Assembly (NCBI GenBank): GCA_963695545.1
Contig: OY968796.1
Coordinates: 2,240,001-2,304,000, forward strand
Source: Terriglobia bacterium
Lineage (GTDB): Bacteria > Acidobacteriota > Terriglobia > Acidiferrales > UBA7541
DNA length: 64,000 nt
Direction: 5' to 3'
Positions 37,573-47,332 of the stretch are shown here, one piece after another. How positions within the stretch are numbered: position 1 is the stretch's first letter; every line of letters begins with the position of its first letter. Below the pieces are notes generated by a model that saw only the letters and a program-made list of their open reading frames with translations, made no database searches and was not told the origin of the DNA. Both the position numbers and the translations under genes were made by a program.

Positions 37573-38208
37573 TTGCTGCGTATATTTTTTTCTGATCCTA
37601 CGAGGACTGGCAGAGGCCCGGCCATTTTTATTGACCGCGACGGCGTAATAAACTGCAGGCGACCCGGAGATTATGTTCTGAATTGGTCGCAGTTCGTTTT
37701 TGTGCCAGGCATTCGGTCGGCGCTAAGGCAGCTCTCAAGTTTAGGGTTGCCAATAATAATTGCGTCTAATCAGGCGGCCGTTGGTAAAGGTCTGTTAGCT
37801 GCGGATAGGCTTCAAGAGATCACAGCTCAGTTGCATCAAATCCTTCATGCTGATGGCACAATACTCACCGCTGCCTATTATTGTCCGCATAAGCCGAGCG
37901 ACGATTGTGTTTGCAGAAAACCCAAGCCGGAGTTGCTGTACAAAGCGGCCCATGATTTCAATCTTGATTTGGGCCGATCCATTTTCATTGGCGATTCCGA
38001 CACAGATGTCCAAGCAGCCCAGGCGGCCGGCTGTAAGCCCATACTTTTCGGTTCCGGCCATGCGGCATCTTCCGGCTCATCGGCATGGGCCGTCGGACTC
38101 CCTACTGCGCGCGCGGCGAACGAAGTCTTCGATATTGCGGCGAATTGCCTGTACAAGGGAGACCGTAGTGGATCAGGCGATCGCGGTACTCGACCTGCTG
38201 GATTATAA
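37573..38208 (+). CDS. gmhB: D-glycero-D-manno-heptose 1,7-bisphosphate phosphatase (HAD IIIA)
   Basis: FIDRDGVIN, SNQ, CPH..DCVCRKPKP, IGDSDTD; start uncertain (37510-37573). Confidence 0.88.
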   Translation: MLRIFFSDPTRTGRGPAIFIDRDGVINCRRPGDYVLNWSQFVFVPGIRSALRQLSSLGLPIIIASNQAAVGKGLLAADRLQEITAQLHQILHADGTILTAAYYCPHKPSDDCVCRKPKPELLYKAAHDFNLDLGRSIFIGDSDTDVQAAQAAGCKPILFGSGHAASSGSSAWAVGLPTARAANEVFDIAANCLYKGDRSGSGDRGTRPAGL

Positions 38209-38468
38209 AAGATGACATTGCGAGTTCGCGAATAACGGCACTGCTTTTTCGCTAAAGGGAGCTGGGATCATTCGATCGAACGCCGAGCAAATCCAACTAG
38301 GCAGTGTTTGAGCGAGCCGTTTCCCTCATCGGGTGAGGGCGCCGCACGTCCACGGCCACTGACGCCTTAAAGTACGTCAAGTTCTTGTCGCCTAATCTGG
38401 AATCATTCCACAACAAAACAGGTAGCCGCTGGCTCCTGGGCAGGTAGACTTAAAATGGAGATCAGAAC

Positions 38469-39113
38469 ATGCCAATCGCGCAACGCACGCTGACTTTTGT
38501 TCGAGGATTCCTTCTAAGCTACGGTCCCTCCAACATTAAGAAAATGCTATGGGACAAGGAATTCTCCGGAACGAAATGGGATTTCATCGATAACACCGCG
38601 GGAGACTGCGTCTACCCGCACCTTGAAAAGTATTCGCAGAATGGAGACATTTTGGATCTCGGGTGCGGACCGGGAAATACAGCAAACGAACTAGCGGTGA
38701 CCGCGTACAAGACTTATATAGGTGTCGACATATCCGAGGCGGCCTTGGCTAAAGCGGCAAGGCGGACACAATCGAGCGGCAGAACGGATAAGAATGCATT
38801 TGTGAGGTCGGACTTCCTCGGGTACGAGCCGATCCGCGCATTTGACGTAATCCTGTTCCGGGAGTCCATGTATCACATCCCCTATGGGAAAGTTCAGCCT
38901 ATACTCAATAAATATTCAACCCACCTGAAGCCAGGTGGGGTTTTTATGGTCAGACTCTTTGCCGCAAAAATCGAGACCGGGAAAATCAAGCGTCGCGTGA
39001 CCCGCAAATTGGATTTGATCAAGCGCGAATTCGACGTTGTGGAGGCGACGGAACACAGTGATATCGCGGGTCGGCCAACCGTCCTAGTTTTTCGACCGCG
39101 GCGCATAAGCTGA
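38469..39113 (+). CDS. Class I SAM-dependent methyltransferase
   Basis: ILDLGCGPG, GVDISE, FDVILF, LKPGG. Confidence 0.85.
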   Translation: MPIAQRTLTFVRGFLLSYGPSNIKKMLWDKEFSGTKWDFIDNTAGDCVYPHLEKYSQNGDILDLGCGPGNTANELAVTAYKTYIGVDISEAALAKAARRTQSSGRTDKNAFVRSDFLGYEPIRAFDVILFRESMYHIPYGKVQPILNKYSTHLKPGGVFMVRLFAAKIETGKIKRRVTRKLDLIKREFDVVEATEHSDIAGRPTVLVFRPRRIS

Positions 39114-39344
39114 GCGGTTCCATCGCGATGTGAGTGTGGGAATTGTTTTGCAATCGCGCATTCGTTCCGATTCTCAGTATCTACCGAGTTCGATATTGGC
39201 CAGTCGCGAAACACATTCTCAGGTCTCCGTGTCCTCTCCGGGAACCCCAAGCAGGAATGAATAGTTCTCAGGATAAGGATTCGCAATCTACTGTTCCCTA
39301 GGGCCAGAGAGTAAGACTTGGTCCAAGGGCGAAAGGAGTGTCCT

Positions 39345-40658
39345 TTGAAAATCAGCGTCTTCGGATTGGGTTATGTTGGAACCGTTTCGGCGGGATGCCT
39401 CGCCCAAGACGGTCATAAGGTCATCGGTGTAGATCCTGTCCGCACGAAAGTTGAACTCATAAATGCCGGGCGCTGCCCCATCATTGAGGCGGATATCGGC
39501 GAAATCATCGCGGCGACGGTCAAGAGCGGCCGGCTCCGGGCAACCGGCGATCAAGAAGAGGCTATTCGCGAAACAGAACTGTCCTTCGTCTGCGTCGGCA
39601 CTCCGAGCCAGGCCAACGGCAATCTCGATCTGACCTACATCCGACGTGTTTGCGAATTGATCGGCAAGAGCCTGAAGAACAAACCGGGTCGCCATACGGT
39701 CGTCATCCGCAGCACGGTTTTACCCGGGAACGATGCGTCAGATTGTTATTCCTACGCTAGAGGAATGGTCGGAGAAGAAGGCAGGAGTTGACTTCGGCGT
39801 TTGCAATAATCCTGAATTCTTGCGGGAAGGTTCGGCGGTAAAGGATTTCAATTCGCCTCCCAAAACCGTCATTGGGGAACTGGATCCTCCAGCGGGGACT
39901 TACTGGAAGCGCTGTACGCGAAACTGAAGGCACCTTTCATTCGGACGGATATAGAGACCGCGGAGATGGTCAAGTACGTCGATAACAGCTGGCATGCGCT
40001 GAAGATTGGTTTTGCGAACGAGATCGGAAATTTATGCAAGTCGTTCTCCATCGACGCGCACGAGGTCATGAAGATTTTCTGCCAAGACAAGAAGCTCAAC
40101 ATCTCTCCGGCATATCTCTTGCCGGGTTTTGCCTTCGGCGGTTCTTGCTTGCCCAAGGATCTGCGAGCCCTGGCGTACAAAGCCAAAGTGAGCGATTTGG
40201 AGTTGCCCATCATGAATGCAATTCTGCCCAGTAACGAATTGCAGATTGGAAAGGGCGTGCAACTCATAACGGACAAAGGGCACAAGCGAATCGGCATCTT
40301 GGGCTTCAGCTTCAAGGCCGGCACAGACGATCTGCGAGAAAGTCCCATGATCGATGTCATAGAGCGCCTCATCGGCAAGGGCTATGACCTGCGAATTTAT
40401 GACAGGAACGTAAATTTGGCCAGTTTGGTGGGCGCCAATCGCGATTTCATTCTCAATCACATTCCGCACATCTCGAGGTTGATGGTGAATCGCATCGATG
40501 CGGTTCTGGACCACGCTCAAACAATCGTGATCGGTAATAAGGATCCGGAGTTTCAGGATGTGATCGATCACCTGCGCGAAGGTCAACGCGTGGTGGATTT
40601 CGTCCGAATCTCAAGTCATAGGAGTGAAAATGGCAAGTACGACGGTATCTGCTGGTAA
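39345..40658 (+). pseudogene. NDP-sugar dehydrogenase (AlgD/Ugd family, AlgD-like), frameshifts near 39730 and 39890
   Basis: KISVFGLGYVG, CVGTPS, RSTVLPG | NPEFLREG | KYVDN, FGGSCLPKD, FKAGTDDLRESP, GICW spread over three frames. Confidence 0.85.
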
Positions 40659-41847
40659 GCAGCTCGGGAACTCGAGTGTCGGTGAAGTTTCGAAGCGCCA
40701 GATATACGAATCTATTGGCCGGCTCTCCGACTGGCTGGAGAAGAATGACTATCGTGGATACGATACCTTCGACGGCTTGAGCGCGAGGTATCTTCGCCCA
40801 CTGACCTTCGAAAACAAGTTCCTGCGAATCGCGCTTCAACAAGGGGTCCGCCGGTTTCCACTAAACCTGAGGCCGCTGCTCGGGATTCCTAAGGAGCGCT
40901 CGACGAAGGGCATGGGTTTTCTGGCCCGAGGTTTCATGCGTCTTCATCAAGCGACTGGCGACGCTGCCTGGGAAAGCAAAGCGGAGCTGGCTCTAGCTTG
41001 GCTCGTCGAACACGAATCTACAGGATGGGCTGGGGCGTGTTGGGGAAATCATTTCGATTATCAATCGCGGGACGGGTATACGCCTAAAGATATGCCGTCC
41101 GTCGTGTGGACGTCCCACATAGGACACGCTTTCTTGGATGGCTACAACCACTTCAAGAAGGACAGCTACCTCGAAGTCGCGGTTAGCTCTTGTGAGCACA
41201 TCCTGCACGACCTGGGCGCTTTTGTCGAAGGAGAGGAACACTGTATAAACTATTTTCCGCACTCCAATAACCACATTCATAACGCCAATACGCTGGGCGG
41301 CAGCTTGCTTGCCCGCGTCTATTCGTACACGGGAAATGAATCCTACCGATCATTCGCGAAAAAGGCGATGGCCTATACGGCCAAACATCAGAGAGCCAAC
41401 GGATCCTGGTATTACGGTGAAGCACCTAACGTTCGTTGGGTCGACAACTTTCACACCGGATACGTGCTGGACTGTTTCAAATACTACGAGACGGCCACCG
41501 GCGATGAAGAGTTTGACGCAAAGATGAATGCAGGATATCAATTTTGGAAGAACACATTTTTTCTGCCTGACGGCACTCCCAGGTATTATGACTACAAAAC
41601 GCTGCCGATTGATATTCAGTGCGCCTCCCAGGCGATCGATACGCTTGTTTTCTTCAATGACCGAGACCCTGAAAACCTTCCGTTGGCGCTGAACGTCGCC
41701 AAATGGACGATCGACAACATGCAGGATCCCACCGGATATTTCTACTATCGCCGGTATTCGCCGTGGATTGTGAACAAAACCCCCACCTTGCACTGGGGAC
41801 AGGCGACGATGTTTTGCGCGCTGACCGGACTTTACAATTTGCTGTAG
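40630..41847 (+). CDS. Conserved hypothetical protein, probable (alpha/alpha)-toroid fold
   Basis: CWGNHFDYQSR, IHNAN, Q..NGSWYYG, WVDNFHTGYVL, MQD..GYFYY; function unknown. Confidence 0.65.
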   Translation: MASTTVSAGKQLGNSSVGEVSKRQIYESIGRLSDWLEKNDYRGYDTFDGLSARYLRPLTFENKFLRIALQQGVRRFPLNLRPLLGIPKERSTKGMGFLARGFMRLHQATGDAAWESKAELALAWLVEHESTGWAGACWGNHFDYQSRDGYTPKDMPSVVWTSHIGHAFLDGYNHFKKDSYLEVAVSSCEHILHDLGAFVEGEEHCINYFPHSNNHIHNANTLGGSLLARVYSYTGNESYRSFAKKAMAYTAKHQRANGSWYYGEAPNVRWVDNFHTGYVLDCFKYYETATGDEEFDAKMNAGYQFWKNTFFLPDGTPRYYDYKTLPIDIQCASQAIDTLVFFNDRDPENLPLALNVAKWTIDNMQDPTGYFYYRRYSPWIVNKTPTLHWGQATMFCALTGLYNLL

Positions 41848-41859
41848 GACAGGGACCTC

Positions 41860-44517
41860 TTGGCCGCCAAGAAAAAAATCCTGATCATCGTGGAAAACGC
41901 GCCCGTGCCTTTCGACCCGCGTGTGTGGAATGAAGCGCGCGCACTGCAGAGGCACGAGTACGACGTTACAGTGCTGAGCCCCCGGCGTAAGGGTTACGCG
42001 AAAACGTGCGAGGTGATCGACGGAGTTCGAATCTACCGCCACCCTCTGCCCAAAGACGGGAACACTCTGCTCGGCTACACGTACGAATACGGCTGTGCCC
42101 TGTTTTGGGAATTTCTTTTCGCGTGGTGGATTTATCTACGGCATGGTTTCGATGTCATCCAGAGCTGCAATCCTCCCGATGATATTTTTCTGGTCGCCCT
42201 CCCGTTTAAACTCCTGGGGGTCAAATACATCTTCGATCACCATGACGCGTGCCCGGAGCTGTACCTCTCGAAGTACGACAAAAAGGGAGTCTTCTACAAA
42301 ATCCAGGTGTGGCTCGAGAAAATGACTTACCGCGTCAGCGACGTCGTAATGGCTACGAACGAAAGTTACAGAAACCTGGCCATGACTCGCGGGAAGCTCG
42401 CTCCGGAAGACGTGTTCGTCGTTCGCAATGGACCGAATCTGGATACTCTAAAGGCTGTTACCCCCAAACCTGACCTGAAATTCGGCAAGCCTTATCTAGT
42501 GGGCTATGTCGGAAACATGAGCGAGCAGGATGGACTGGACATACTCCTCGATGTTGCGGCTCATGTAAAGCACTTGGGACGGCGTGACGTTCATTTCACA
42601 TGTGTGGGGGGAGGCCCGGGCCTGGCTGGACTCCGCAAGATGAACCGCGACAAGAATCTAGAGGATATCGTCACATTCACCGGACGAATTCCCGATGGTG
42701 AGTTGCTGGACATCTTATCCACCGCCGACGTTTGCGTAAATCCGGACAAACCGTGCCAGATGAACGACATGTCGACGATGATCAAAATCATGGAGTACAT
42801 GGCTCTAGGCAAGCCCATTGTTCAATTCGAATCGAAGGAAGGTAGATTCAGCGCTGATGAGGCCTCCTTATACAGCGATCCTGAAAACCAGGTAAGCGAC
42901 TTCGCAAGCAAAATCCTCTGGTTGCTCGAGAATCCCGATGAGCGGAAAAGAATGGGCGAGTTCGGGCGAAAAAGGATCGAAGAAGAACTTGCCTGGCAGT
43001 ATTCCGTTCCAAGCCTGCTTGCAGCTTATCGGAGAGCCTTCACTAAGCGAGCAAAACGAACCGAAGCGGATTCTGACCTAGATAGATTCTTGGCCGACCG
43101 GAAGCTTGGGCTGGGTCATTCCGTAAATCGCGTTCTCTCCGATTACTACCGTGTTCCCGAACGCGAGCTCGGGCCCGTATGGGCGGCAGAACCGTCTGGC
43201 GAGACCGGATTCTTTCGGTTCGGGCCGGAAGTGATTTGTTTTGGGCAATCTGCGTCGGGCGTCTCGTCGAAAGTGGACAACTCGGACGCCTACGACGCGC
43301 TGAAAAGTGCGCGCCGAAAAGACTCGGAGGTCTATTTGCCGTTTGATCCGGCGCAGATCATTGAAAACCTCCGCAGAGAGCGCTACGTGAGGCGTTCGCG
43401 CGCGAATCAACGCCGCATCGTCGACCATCCCCTGGCTCGCAAGAGCTACTACTACATCCGAGAGCTGTTGCCAGTTTCGATTCGTAAGCATCTTCAGAAA
43501 GTCTACCTTAGTGGTTGGCAAAAGCTCCGATTCCCGAGCTGGCCCGTGGATTTCACGGTTGACAAAATTCACGAAGAGCTTCTTCGTCTCTCGATGGAAG
43601 CTGGTGGCGTGGAACGGGTCCCGTTCATTTGGTTTTGGCCCGAGGGCGCTTCCAATTGCTTGATCATGACGCATGACGTGGAAACCGCGGCGGGCAGGGA
43701 TTTCACTCCGGTATTGATTGATCTTGATCACTTCTATGGCTTTAACGCTTCCTTCCAAGTCATCCCAGAAAAGCGCTACGAAGTTCCTGATGAGTACGTG
43801 CGGCAGATAAGAAGCCGCGGATGTGAATTCAACATACACGATTTGAATCATGATGGGCATTTGTATCAAGAGCGGGAGAAATTTCTCCAAAGAGCCAAGC
43901 AAATTAACAAATACATCACCAAATTCGACACGCGCGGGTTCCGAGCCGGAGCCATGTACCGCAATCTCGATTGGTACGGCGCGTACGACTTTTCGTACGA
44001 CATGTCGGTACCGAACGTTGCCCATCTGGAGCCGCAACGCGGCGGCTGTTGCACCGTGATGCCTTATTTCATCGGCAATATACTTGAGATACCTTTGATG
44101 ACGATCCAAGACTACTCACTCTTTCACATCCTGGGTGACTATTCGATCGATCTATGGAAACAGCAGATCGAAATAATTCTGAAGGGGAACGGTTTGATTA
44201 GCTTCGTGGTCCATCCCGACTACGTGATCGAGAAGCGCGCCCGGGCCGTGTACGCGGAACTTTTGCAACATTTGGCAAAGCTGCGAGACGAACGAAAGCT
44301 GTGGAGCGCTCTTCCTGGCGAGGTAAACCGATGGTGGAGAAACCGAAACCAGATGAAATTGATCGCGGCGGGCGACGGTTGGAGGATTGAAGGCCCAGAC
44401 TCTGATCGTGCGCGAGTCGCGTACGCGACCTTGGATGGCGATCGGCTCAAGTACACCGTTGAAAGTCAGTCCCGAGCACTTGTCCCTCCGACGGAGGACG
44501 GCATTCATTCGAATTAA
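41860..44517 (+). CDS. GT4 glycosyltransferase fused to a polysaccharide deacetylase-like domain
   Basis: N-half: FDHHD..PE, YVGNM, KIMEYMALGKP; C-half: LIMTHDVET, IHDLNHDG, GFRAG, EIPL, HPDY. Confidence 0.8.
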   Translation: MAAKKKILIIVENAPVPFDPRVWNEARALQRHEYDVTVLSPRRKGYAKTCEVIDGVRIYRHPLPKDGNTLLGYTYEYGCALFWEFLFAWWIYLRHGFDVIQSCNPPDDIFLVALPFKLLGVKYIFDHHDACPELYLSKYDKKGVFYKIQVWLEKMTYRVSDVVMATNESYRNLAMTRGKLAPEDVFVVRNGPNLDTLKAVTPKPDLKFGKPYLVGYVGNMSEQDGLDILLDVAAHVKHLGRRDVHFTCVGGGPGLAGLRKMNRDKNLEDIVTFTGRIPDGELLDILSTADVCVNPDKPCQMNDMSTMIKIMEYMALGKPIVQFESKEGRFSADEASLYSDPENQVSDFASKILWLLENPDERKRMGEFGRKRIEEELAWQYSVPSLLAAYRRAFTKRAKRTEADSDLDRFLADRKLGLGHSVNRVLSDYYRVPERELGPVWAAEPSGETGFFRFGPEVICFGQSASGVSSKVDNSDAYDALKSARRKDSEVYLPFDPAQIIENLRRERYVRRSRANQRRIVDHPLARKSYYYIRELLPVSIRKHLQKVYLSGWQKLRFPSWPVDFTVDKIHEELLRLSMEAGGVERVPFIWFWPEGASNCLIMTHDVETAAGRDFTPVLIDLDHFYGFNASFQVIPEKRYEVPDEYVRQIRSRGCEFNIHDLNHDGHLYQEREKFLQRAKQINKYITKFDTRGFRAGAMYRNLDWYGAYDFSYDMSVPNVAHLEPQRGGCCTVMPYFIGNILEIPLMTIQDYSLFHILGDYSIDLWKQQIEIILKGNGLISFVVHPDYVIEKRARAVYAELLQHLAKLRDERKLWSALPGEVNRWWRNRNQMKLIAAGDGWRIEGPDSDRARVAYATLDGDRLKYTVESQSRALVPPTEDGIHSN

Positions 44518-44793
44518 CGCGGGGCCGTTTAACGCGCCTTCTTCGGAGTCAGGATCGGAAGACCCTTAAGGCACCTAATTGAACAACTTCGGAGCTGAAA
44601 GGATCTGTTAATCAAACCGCAGACGTTCCTTTTGCTTGGTTTGTGATTTTGTCCGCCACGGAGATATCGAGATTTCCGCGCGTTGCGGCAGTGCGCGGCT
44701 AGATTGGCGCGCGCCCTCCGAACCGCGCGCTCGGCAGTTAAACACGTGATCCCTGCTGTCGCGTTCAAAGGCAGCTCACCCAGAGAGGTTGCG

Positions 44794-45990
44794 ATGCTGA
44801 ATTGTGATGTGGCAATCCTTGGCGCCGGTCCATATGGCTTAGCGGCGGGCGCGCATTTGCGGAATATCAAGGGTCTTGATGTTCGAGTGTTTGGTGAGCC
44901 CATGGATTTCTGGAAATCGCACATGCCGGAGGGTATGTTCCTGCGATCGCCTTGGGCAGCTTCGCAGATATCGGATCCGCAATCGTCTCTAACTATGGAC
45001 GCATTCCGTCAGGCCACGGGCACGGAGATATCCAAACCGATTCCGCTTGATCGGTTTGTCGACTATGGACTTTGGTTTCAGAGTCAAGCCGTCCCGGAAG
45101 TGGATCGCCGCCACATCGAGCGAATCGATCAGCGTGCAGGAAGTCTCTGTGTAACTCTCGAGGATGGTGAACAGCTTTCCTGCAAGCGCGTTGTAGTCGC
45201 GGCGGGTATCAGCACGTTCGCGCGTCGTCTCTCGCAGTTTGAGGGGATTTCGCCCGAATTCGTAACGCACGCGTCGGATGGGAGAGACGTCCACAGATTC
45301 GCTGGCAAGCGGGTCGCCGTGGTCGGCGCGGGACAAAGCGCGCTTGAATCGGCAGCTCTGATTCATGAAGCGGGCGCGGAAGTGGAAGTGATCGCCCGCC
45401 AGTCGAGCGTGCATTGGCTGGGCTGGCGGGCGAGAATGCAGAAGCTCGGTCCCATCGCGAAGTTGCTCTATTCACCGCACGACATAGGTCCGGCCGGCGT
45501 CAGCCGAATCGTCGCCATGCCGCAATCCATGAAATATTTTCCGCGTGTCGTGCAAAATCGTTTTCGAATCCGTGCGCTCCGCCCTGCCGGGGCGCGCTGG
45601 CTTCAGCCCCGCTTCCACAGCATTCCCATTACCACCAGACGGCAGATTACGACCGTGGCGATGTCGGGCGACCGGCTGAATCTCCGGTTGGATGATGGCA
45701 CTACTCGCGATGTGGATCATGTTTTGCTCGGCACCGGATACAAGGTCGATGTCTCGCGCTATCCATTTCTGCCGGCGGAGTTGAGCAATAAGTTAGATCA
45801 AGCGAATGGCTTCGTGAAAGTAAACCGGGGATTCGAGTCATCCGTTCCGGGCTTACATTTCCTGGGCGCTCCTACTGCCTGGACTTTCGGCCCGCTCATG
45901 TATTTCGTTTGTGGAACTGATTTCGCCGCTCGACAACTGGCCGCATATGTTTCGCGCACAGGCACACGTTCGGGAAGTGGTTCAAAGTGA
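44794..45990 (+). CDS. FAD/NAD(P)-dependent oxidoreductase
   Basis: VAILGAGPYGL, VVGAGQSALE, LGTGY, FESSVPGLHFLG; paralog at 60518-61759. Confidence 0.85.
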   Translation: MLNCDVAILGAGPYGLAAGAHLRNIKGLDVRVFGEPMDFWKSHMPEGMFLRSPWAASQISDPQSSLTMDAFRQATGTEISKPIPLDRFVDYGLWFQSQAVPEVDRRHIERIDQRAGSLCVTLEDGEQLSCKRVVVAAGISTFARRLSQFEGISPEFVTHASDGRDVHRFAGKRVAVVGAGQSALESAALIHEAGAEVEVIARQSSVHWLGWRARMQKLGPIAKLLYSPHDIGPAGVSRIVAMPQSMKYFPRVVQNRFRIRALRPAGARWLQPRFHSIPITTRRQITTVAMSGDRLNLRLDDGTTRDVDHVLLGTGYKVDVSRYPFLPAELSNKLDQANGFVKVNRGFESSVPGLHFLGAPTAWTFGPLMYFVCGTDFAARQLAAYVSRTGTRSGSGSK

Positions 45991-46018
45991 TGTCTCCTGC
46001 CAAGGGAGCTTAATTCAG

Positions 46019-47221
46019 ATGGTGGATCAGAATACCCGGCCTGCCGATGAGCCCGGCGCCAAAGTTGGCGCCGTTGTCGTTGGAGGCGACTTTCATGGAC
46101 TGGGCATCATGCGCAGTCTCGGAAGCCGAGGTGTGCCAATTTGCGTCGTGGATGACGAATACTCCATCGGCCGTTATTCCAGATATGCGACTCATTACGT
46201 GCGCGCTCCCAATCTTCGCAAGGAAGAGGAGACCGTCGAGTTCTTGCTCGCCATGGGCCGTCGCTTGAACTTAAAAGGATGGGTTCTGTTCCCCACTCGC
46301 GACGAGCACGTTGCCACGTTCTCGCGGCACCGAAGCGCTCTGGCGGAGTTCTTTCGAGTTCCGACACCGGAATGGGAAAGTGTAAAGTGGGCCTGGAACA
46401 AGTGGAACACGTATTCCCTGGCCGAGAAGCTTGGGATTCCAATTCCAAAAACTTGGTGTCCGCGCAGCGTCGAAGAGCTCGATGCGATTGAAGCGAGCTT
46501 TCCGATCGGCATCAAGCCCGCCGTCAAAGAGGATTTTTTCTACGCGACGAAAGCAAAGGCCTGGCGCGCGAATAATCGCGACGAACTAAAGGCCTTATTT
46601 CTAAGAGCCTCGGCCCACGTTGGATCAAATGAAGTCTTAGTTCAGGAAATTATTCCCGGCGATGGTCATAGCCAATTTTCTTGCTGCGTTTTTTTCAAGG
46701 AAGGGAAAGTCATCGCCAACATGGAGGCGCAACGATGGCGTCAGCATCCGCCGGAATTCGGCCGGGCCGCCACATTTGTTGAGAGCGTCGACCTTCCTTC
46801 GATCGTAGACCCCACGCTCCGGTTTCTCCGGGCGATCAATTACTACGGCTTGGCGGAAGTGGAGTTCAAGCTGGATTCCAGAGATGGAAAATATAAGTTG
46901 CTGGACGTAAACGCCAGGACGTGGGGATTCCATGCACTAGGGCGGCCGGCGGGGGTCGACTTTTCGTACCTACTTTTCGCCGACCAGGTCGGTGAGACCC
47001 TGGCGCCGTGCCGAAGCCGGGCGGGCGTCGGTTGGATTCGCATGATTACCGACATTCCGACCAGCATATCCGACATTCTTCATGGCAGGCTCAAGCTGAA
47101 CGCATACTCCACATCATTGAAGCACTTCCGCGTTGAATCCGTTTTCAGTCGAGAGGACATCCTTCCGAGTATCGCTGAGATCGTCCTGCTTCCGTACCTG
47201 GCCGTGAAGCGTGGTTACTAA
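46019..47221 (+). CDS. ATP-grasp carboxylate-amine ligase (D-aspartate ligase-like)
   Basis: LGIMRSLG, LFPTRD, IPIPKT, IKPA, VQEIIPG, EVEFKLDSRDGKYKLLDVNAR. Confidence 0.82.
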   Translation: MVDQNTRPADEPGAKVGAVVVGGDFHGLGIMRSLGSRGVPICVVDDEYSIGRYSRYATHYVRAPNLRKEEETVEFLLAMGRRLNLKGWVLFPTRDEHVATFSRHRSALAEFFRVPTPEWESVKWAWNKWNTYSLAEKLGIPIPKTWCPRSVEELDAIEASFPIGIKPAVKEDFFYATKAKAWRANNRDELKALFLRASAHVGSNEVLVQEIIPGDGHSQFSCCVFFKEGKVIANMEAQRWRQHPPEFGRAATFVESVDLPSIVDPTLRFLRAINYYGLAEVEFKLDSRDGKYKLLDVNARTWGFHALGRPAGVDFSYLLFADQVGETLAPCRSRAGVGWIRMITDIPTSISDILHGRLKLNAYSTSLKHFRVESVFSREDILPSIAEIVLLPYLAVKRGY

Positions 47222-47332
47222 GGTACGCTCGTAAATATTTTCCCGACACAAGCGACGGGGCTCCGAACCAAAGAAAGCGCTCGGCAACAGTTCTTTCAGG
47301 AATAGATATCCGGCTTGAAATAGAGAGAAATT

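Noticed and set aside
43078..44109. Long antisense ORFs (43078-44109, 19225-20034, 26314-27087, 63211-63972 and similar)
   Set aside because: They lie opposite or out of frame with well-supported genes and show no recognisable motifs; expected in GC-rich DNA.
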